Positions 57,776 to 64,000 of a stretch of DNA of 64,000 nucleotides are shown one piece after another. The translations under genes were made by a program, and so were the position numbers. Location: contig CAVTHK010000009.1 in NCBI GenBank assembly GCA_963734495.1, positions 320,001-384,000 on the forward strand. The letters run 5' to 3'. Each line of letters starts with the position of its first letter. Within the stretch, counting starts at the first letter, position 1. The notes below the pieces were generated by a model. It saw nothing but the letters and a program-made list of their open reading frames with translations. It searched no databases and was not told the DNA's origin. Source of the stretch: an uncultured Spirochaetota bacterium (GTDB taxonomy: Bacteria; Spirochaetota; Spirochaetia; SZUA-6; CAVTHK01).

Positions 57776-58812
57776 ATACTACCATCTACCTGGGTAAATT
57801 GGCCGCCTGCAACTAAGTTGTTGCCATTCAACGCCAAAGACAGGACCACTCCATTTGTGCCGCCCATACTTGACCAGGAAACGCCATCCCAACGGGCAAT
57901 ATAGCTGTCAGGGTTCGTAAAAGAGCCACCTGCAAATACCTCTGTGCCACTGACCGCCAGGGCAAGGACGACTTCGCTGCCGCCGATACCCAACCCACCC
58001 CCCAATGCAGACCAGGAAGATCCGGTCCATTTGGCTATGTTCTGCGCGAACACGCTGCCGGCATGATCAAACGTACCGGCAACAAAAAGATTACCACTGC
58101 CGTCCATGGCAAGCGCCTGTACCACGCCGACGAATTTTCCACTGCTTGACAGGCCTGGAGTACCGCCAACCAATGACCAGGTTTGGGCAACCAAATCCCA
58201 GCGGCCCAGGCTCCAGGCACTCTGACCATTCAGATCGTTGAAGCTGCCGCCGACATAAACCGACGTTCCACTGACCAGGATGGCGTAAACTTGCCCAAGG
58301 GCACCGCCTCCGAGGGCATACCACAGATGGGTAATCATGCTCCAGCGAGCGATATTATTTGCGGCGACACCGCCAGCCTGGCTGAACGATCCGCCGACAT
58401 AAATATCGCTGCCACTCACTGCCATGGCATAAACCTGGCTGGCAGCCCCACCATTGGTCACGCCATTGAGAAATCGTTTATCCCAATATTGATCCCCGAC
58501 CTGCTGAGGCGCCAGCGGAGCGGTAAGCATGGCGTCGGGGGAAGGTTCAAAACGCGGACTACCATCCGCGCCTGTATGCATCAACCAACCGCTGGCGTTA
58601 AAACTTCCTTGGGTGCCCATTTTTAATGAACCATCCGGGTTTAGTACGCCTGCAATAGTCGTTACAGGTGTTGCGGGGTTTCCATTTTGCCAATTTGCTG
58701 AGCTTTTTTGGAAAAGAAAAGATTGGACGGGATTGCCTGAAACAGGCTGGGTTAATGAAAAAAATAAGCTAATTACCATAACAATATTGAAGCGGAGGGT
58801 AGGATTCTTCAT
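57766..58812 (-). CDS. Secreted beta-propeller repeat surface protein, C-terminally truncated at the junction
   Basis: Signal peptide and at least five repeats of V.A.AVSG...YVGGSF...IARW. Confidence 0.8.
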   Translation of the reverse strand: MKNPTLRFNIVMVISLFFSLTQPVSGNPVQSFLFQKSSANWQNGNPATPVTTIAGVLNPDGSLKMGTQGSFNASGWLMHTGADGSPRFEPSPDAMLTAPLAPQQVGDQYWDKRFLNGVTNGGAASQVYAMAVSGSDIYVGGSFSQAGGVAANNIARWSMITHLWYALGGGALGQVYAILVSGTSVYVGGSFNDLNGQSAWSLGRWDLVAQTWSLVGGTPGLSSSGKFVGVVQALAMDGSGNLFVAGTFDHAGSVFAQNIAKWTGSSWSALGGGLGIGGSEVVLALAVSGTEVFAGGSFTNPDSYIARWDGVSWSSMGGTNGVVLSLALNGNNLVAGGQFTQVDGSISE

Positions 58813-58909
58813 GTGTGATTCCCCTTTGGCAAAGATATCGATGCATGCAATATTACTATTTTAAACATAAAAAATATCAATTTTATTCCATTTTTCTCCA
58901 ATTGATTTT

Positions 58910-58967
58910 AAATAAAAACCTTGTCCAGAATGACTTCTAAAAATAATGCCATCCCTGGACAAGGTTT
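58910..58967 (-). terminator. Probable intrinsic terminator downstream of the VOC gene
   Basis: 13-bp inverted repeat AAACCTTGTCCAG/CTGGACAAGGTTT followed by a T-rich tract on the minus strand. Confidence 0.6.
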
Positions 58968-59066
58968 GTCGTAACCAGTCATATGAAATCTTTAAGTGAT
59001 CGGTTTTAGCCGCTGTTGATCTCTTAAAAGATCATTTCACCAGATAATTGTATTTTGGGAAGACGA

Positions 59067-59525
59067 TTAAAAATTCTCGAGTAATTCCAAAACCAAGTTC
59101 AATTTTTGGCTGGCGTCCATATAGGTATACATTCCACCGGTGTACTGACCTTGCTGGACCATGGGAATGCCTTTCGACTCCAGAACCTGAACCACTTTGC
59201 CGGTATCTTTTATCTGGAAAGCAATATGGTGAAATCCATCCCCATGATTGATCAACGCTTCTTTCCAGGTACTTGGCTCGCCAATCGGTTCAATCAGCTC
59301 CAGATCTACCTGACCGAGGTGAAAAAATGCCAGTTTTGCGCGGGCATAACTGGGTTGTCCGCAGGTACTCGGTCTTGGCGGCCTCATATTCATCTGTAAT
59401 GATGACTTCGGGTCGCGGTAGTCCGAATACTTCGCAGTAGGCATCGATCGATTTTTCGATATCTTTTACAACCAGGCCAATCTGGGTCACGATGTTTGTC
59501 CCAATCCTATCGGCTGTTCAGACAT
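59067..59525 (-). CDS. VOC family (methylmalonyl-CoA epimerase-like) protein, frameshifted near 59365
   Basis: TQIGLVVKDIEKS...FG in one frame, LELIEP...GFHHIAF...LELLE in the other. Confidence 0.85.
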
Positions 59526-59554
59526 AGCTAAATCTCCTTTATTCTTACATGATC

Positions 59555-59604
59555 TTGGTGTGTTTTTTTTGTTTTTGCTTCGCAAAAACAAAAAAACACA
59601 CCAA
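59555..59604. repeat. Long intergenic palindrome (REP-like hairpin)
   Basis: TTGGTGTG-T8-GTTTTTGC TTC GCAAAAAC-A7-CACACCAA. Confidence 0.8.
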
Positions 59605-59654
59605 TTCGTTTTGCGTGGCCTACGTAAGTGCGGACGGCTTTTCTTGTTTTCCGA

Positions 59655-60248
59655 TCAATCGCGATTTACCCAACGGTCCAGGTTTTCAGGAAAATCATAG
59701 CTGCACAGGCGCTCTAAAAGTGATTCCGCGTTCTGGTCATGGATGAATAACATTTTATGTTCGGCGTAGATAAAGCCTTCTTCATGCGCGCGTTGAATCA
59801 TCGCCAGGAGGGGATCGAAGTAATTGCGCACATTCAGCAGGCCCACCGGTTTGTGGTGAAGGCCAATTTGGGCCCAGGTCAAGCGTCTCAAATAATTCGT
59901 CGAATGTGCCATATCCTCCCGGCAGGGCGATAAATGCATCCGCCATGGCAGACATGCGCGCCTTACGGATCTGGATATCCGGTACGATTTCCAGCGAGGT
60001 CAATCCCGCATGGATCAGCTGAGGTGTATTGAGGTTTTCAGAGACAATTCCGATCACCTGACCACCTGACTCCAGGACACCATCGGCGAGGGCGCCCATT
60101 AAGCCTGTTTTTCCCGCTCCGTAGACCAGATTGAATACCGGCATGGGCAAGCAAGGCGCCCATTTCATAGGCGGCCTTATGATAATCCGGGTGAAGATGG
60201 TCGGCTGAACCACAGTACACGCAGATCGATATGAATAGATGTGCTCAT
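59655..60248 (-). CDS. LOG family (TIGR00730-like) phosphoribohydrolase, several indels
   Basis: VYCGS, LVYGAG..GLMG, RKARM, ALPGGYGTFDELFE, KPVGLLN. Confidence 0.9.
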
Positions 60249-60250
60249 CC

Positions 60251-60783
60251 TTATTTATAAAGCTCCGGATTTTTAAAAGGTACCAATGCCAGAATTACCG
60301 CCATTTCATAAAACTGCGCGCGATCGACGACGTCGCCGGTCAGGAGGCCAATCGCACCGTTTTCCTGTTTGGAGTTCGAGCGGTTGAAAACGATATCATC
60401 CGCCGCACCGAGCTCATGCCCTCGACGCACCAATTGGGCGACCCGGGGGGAAGAAAAAATGTCCCGGTTCGTCCTTTGCCAATCTGGTCTTCTGGATTGG
60501 ATCACTACCCAGGCGAACGCTGCCAGTTCAGCCTGGCTTTCTTCAATGCCACCTTCGATCCCGACCCAGAAATCTGCATCTGGTACGGCTCGAGCTGCAT
60601 TTGAGGCCCGGTTGCCGGCGCCGAGCAGGGTTTCATCGGAAGAGAAAGGCTGGTCCGGTACTTCAGATGGAACACTGATCAGTCTGGATTTGAAAGCTGT
60701 TCGACCGGATACATGCGCTGGAAACCAGCAAGCGCGGCCTGAGATTTGACTGGATTACGGGAGGCGATAACAATTTTCTTCAT
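60251..60783 (-). CDS. yjjX: Inosine/xanthosine triphosphatase (YjjX), several indels
   Basis: Manual translation: MKKIVIASRNPVKSQA, SEVPDQP, ETLLGAGNRA, VGIEGG, ELGAADD, KQENGAIGLLT. Confidence 0.85.
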
Positions 60784-62075
60784 GCAAGCCAATTATATCT
60801 GGATTCGTCTGGATCAAGGCTTCCAGGTAATGGGATTTCATCTGGCGAGAAGCCATGACTTGCTTGATGGGGGGCAGGCGCAGGATAACCCCCAGGATAG
60901 CCGCCATGGCGCGGTGATTCCACATGGCGTGCTGATCGAAAATCAGGTTCTGCAGATCGCCGCGTTCGACTGCCATGACAACTACCCGGTGGACAGAGTT
61001 GAGCGGAGTAAGCACTCTTTCAGGTCGTGGATTTCAAACTGATGCCGTGCGATGGACAGCTGCGTACACAAACACCGCATCCCAGGCACATTTCTTCATC
61101 AAGTTTGGCTTTTTTCCGGTTGGGATGGTGGGCATCATTGGCCGAGACCAGGGTCATCGCTTCGACCGGGCAGGCAGCCGCGCATTTTCCACAGCCATTG
61201 CAATCCGCATCGGAAATTTGCGGGATGAAATTGGTGGTATGGACCGGATGGAGAAGCCCAAAACGGCGTTGGGCGATCATCGCTTCACAGCAGCAACCGC
61301 AGCAGTTACAAATAAAATTGACACCCTGGCGGACATTTTCACCAAACTGCACCAGATTATTCTCAATTGCTTGCTGCAGCAAATCCAGGCCTTCCTGGAT
61401 ATCGACTGCGCGGGCAAATCCGTGCCGGATTAACGAATCGGCACTGCCATTAAAGGTCATGCAGATGTCCATCGGCGCTTTGCAGGCGCGGTCCATATGT
61501 TCCATTTTGTGGCGGCAGTAGCAGACACCAATGCCGCGATGAGTGGCGGAGCGAATCACTTCGCTGGATCGCTCATAATCTAACACATGCAGACTGTTCT
61601 CGGGAGTGAGCACCTGTTCGTTCACGAAGGTCCGGCCGAGTTGTGTTTCGCCGTTGGTGAACAGGCTGCGGATAAAATCCTCTTCAACATTCATATATTG
61701 ATAGAACAGCTCCCCCAATACTTTCTGATCGATATCACCGCGCAGCCGCATCATGGAAAATTCAAAGAAACCTGCCATGGGCGGGGGAAGGGTATAAGAG
61801 ATCTCGCCGTTTTGTTCGGCGTCCACCAGGATCGCCCGGCTGGCAAGCCCATCCAGCACATTCTGGGCTGCTAACAAATCAACCTGCCAGATCCTGGCTG
61901 CCTCGCGCGCGGTGAAGGGTTTGATCGGCAGCAGCGCCACCAGGCGAGCTTCCTTCTCGCTAAAGAGAATCTGTAAGATCTTATACAGGGTTTCCGATGG
62001 AGGAGCTCCCTGCGGAAAACGGTTCAGGCGGTCGATCAAAGCGGCATAACCGGATTTCATTACCTCGTGAGCCAT
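60755..62075 (-). CDS. 4Fe-4S dicluster domain protein (frameshift near 61025)
   Basis: CYCRH, ICNCCGCCC, CNGCGKC..ACP, CLGCGVC..SCP. The C-terminal part continues in another frame. Confidence 0.85.
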
Positions 62076-62116
62076 ACAATATTCTCCAATGTAGGGGATT
62101 TAATGAAAATAGCAAT

Positions 62117-62813
62117 TCATGACCTCAGTGAATAATCCACTGCTGCCAGAGCATGAACGCGGGTGGTGTCAAAAACAGGCACCGGAGAGTCAGCCGGGCC
62201 GATTAACATGCCTATTTCTGTGCAACCTAAAATAATCCCTTGCGCGCCTTGATCCACCAGTTTCTGGATGATGTCGATGTAGACCTGGCGAGATTGAGGT
62301 CGGATGATTCCCTGGACCAATTCGTCATAAATCACCCGGTGGATAATCACGCGGTCCTCCGCAGGTGGAGTGAGGACGGATAAACCATATACATCACGCA
62401 GACGTCCCCTGGTAAAAATCCTGTTCCATGGTAAATCGAGTGCCCAACAAACCGATCTTCGTCAGACCTTGGGCGCAGATCATCTGAGCCGTGGCATCGG
62501 CAATATGTAAAAATGGCAGGGCGACTTCCTGCTGGATCGTGTCAGCAACGATGTGCATGGTATTTGTGCATAAAACGAGGCATTCAGCGCCTGCCCGTTG
62601 GCATTGCCGTCCGGCTGCGACCATCACCTTGCCGGCTTCTTGCCAACGATCTTCATGCTGCAGGGTCTCAATTTCGCTAAAATCGACGGATACCAGCACG
62701 CATTTTGCTGAATGGAAGCCCCCCAATCGCCGGTGGACTTCCTCGTTGATCAGTCGGTAATACTCAACCGTGGATTCCCAGCTCATTCCGCCAATCAGGC
62801 CAATCGTTTTCAT
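62117..62813 (-). CDS. Aspartate/glutamate racemase family protein (frameshift near 62400)
   Basis: GLIGGMSWEST, CTNTMH, GLLGTRFTM, ILGCTEI, FDTT. Confidence 0.92.
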
Positions 62814-63446
62814 CCATCACTCCTTTCAACAGGTTTTTTCTCCAGGGGAGAAATAATGAACCGGCAGGCTGTTACCGGTGAATTCCGGATCAATGTGCTG
62901 GGTTGAATGCTGGCGTTCAAATTTGACTCAAGGATCGACGCGTCCATCGCACACAGTTCGGGATGGATTTGTATGATTTGACCATAAGGGCAATTGCGAA
63001 AGACTACTTGCGGCCCTTCGGCGTGAGCCTCCCAACGAGCCTGGTATTTTCTGGCCGATAATTCTTTCACCAAACGGTTCAGGCGCGCCGTGAGCGAGGA
63101 TGCGCCCGGCTGGATGAAGAGAATATGCCGACCGAGATCAACGAGTTCTTTCTATCGAAAGCGCGGATCCCGACGCCTCATTGACGAACAAGCGCAGCAT
63201 CGCATCTGCCAGCAGGGCCAGATTTTCAGGTTTTTCTTGGGTGGCAAGTGCGTAATAGGTTCTTGGCCTGCCGCGGTCGTGTTTATTTTTAGGGACACTC
63301 ACGGGTGTGATCACCCCAGCCAGCTCCATCCGTTTCAGATGGTATTGGATATTGGCGCGCGTGGTGGAAAGAAGCTGGCTCAGCTCTTCGGCGCTGGTAT
63401 AAGGATGATTTTCGAGGTAATCCAGAATTTCCTGGCGGGTGTTCAT
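62810..63446 (-). CDS. ArsR/SufR-like HTH transcriptional regulator (frameshift near 63140)
   Basis: TRQEIL...IQYHL...RGRPRTYY, then NCPY...HPELC.MD...CRF. Confidence 0.82.
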
Positions 63447-63503
63447 TTAACTATTATATTCCGTAAGGCAGATTTAGCAAGGAAAAATTTGCTAAAAGCG
63501 AAC

Positions 63504-63531
63504 TTGACACCTGGTGGAGCGGTGCTACAAT
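63504..63531 (+). promoter_or_regulatory. Sigma70 promoter upstream of nuoB
   Basis: TTGACA-16 nt-TACAAT with extended TG. Confidence 0.7.
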
Positions 63532-63573
63532 TGGATCAACCCTACCGATCTAGACAAGAAAGGCGGTGCGACT

Positions 63574-64000
63574 GTGACCCCAGATGATTTGAACCTGCCA
63601 GGGGTTGATGTATCCCCAGAATTACGTCAACAAGTAACCCTCACCACACTGGACCGGATCTATAACTGGAGCCGGCGAAATTCTGTCTGGCCGATGATGT
63701 TCGGCCTGGCCTGCTGCGCGATCGAAATGATCTGCACGGCTGCCAGCCGCTATGATTTTTCTCGGTTTGGCATGGAAGTGATGCGACCCAGCCCGCGCCA
63801 GGCAGATGTGATGATCGTCTCTGGCACGGTGACCAAAGAAGATGATGCCGCAAATTGTGCGGCTTGTACAACCAGATGCGCGAGCCAAAATATGTGGTGG
63901 CGATGGGCGCCTGCGCTTCAGGCGGTGGACCATTTAAAGAAGGATATAACGTGGTTTCCGGGGTGGATAAATATATCCCGGTGGATGTTTATATACCGGG
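63574..64000 (+). CDS. nuoB: NADH-quinone oxidoreductase subunit B (partial, with indels)
   Basis: Manual translation: [48 protein letters not shown]. Confidence 0.93.
   Translation, partial: MTPDDLNLPGVDVSPELRQQVTLTTLDRIYNWSRRNSVWPMMFGLACCAIEMICTAASRYDFSRFGMEVMRPSPRQADVMIVSGTVTKEDDAANCAACTTRCASQNMWWRWAPALQAVDHLKKDITWFPGWINISRWMFIYR

Noticed and set aside
57650-57904. 84-aa ORF as a complete PIN toxin
   Set aside because: Its second half is antisense sequence of the other genome beyond the junction.
1-64000. CRISPR array, rRNA, transposase or integrase
   Set aside because: No regularly spaced repeats, rRNA-like stretch or recombinase motifs were seen.

Overview
The window joins two unrelated DNA sources. 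Both are peppered with single-base indels that break otherwise intact genes, so it is probably an unpolished long read or assembly. Bases 1 to ~57,770 are a very GC-rich bacterium, tentatively a Spirochaetia-like anaerobe (spirochaete-style 'FAAGQ' signal peptide, V/A-type ATPase). This part carries a MATE/enolase/VOC cluster, rtcB-archease, a sugar ABC operon ending in a QueG-like Fe-S protein, vapBC, a methanol methyltransferase pair (mtaC/mtaB), and a complete V/A-ATPase operon bracketed by two PTS EIIA genes. It also has rimO, a sulfur-carrier (ThiS/MoeB/JAB) homocysteine operon, ftsH, dnaJ, and tyrS with what looks like a Tyr/Phe leader-peptide attenuator. At ~54.2-57.8 kb lies a lower-GC island encoding a compact bacterial ubiquitination-like (Bub-type) system: DUF2188, a single Ubl, and one ORF fusing DUF6791-like, E1 and DUF6527-like protease domains, divergent from an XRE-ImmA/IrrE regulator and a PIN gene. 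At ~57,770 the PIN gene and an oppositely oriented surface-protein gene are both cut. From there the sequence is roughly 50% GC (by eye), tentatively Anaerolineae-like, and carries VOC, LOG, yjjX, Fe-S protein, racemase, HTH regulator and nuoB genes. Family calls come from motif recognition, not database searches.
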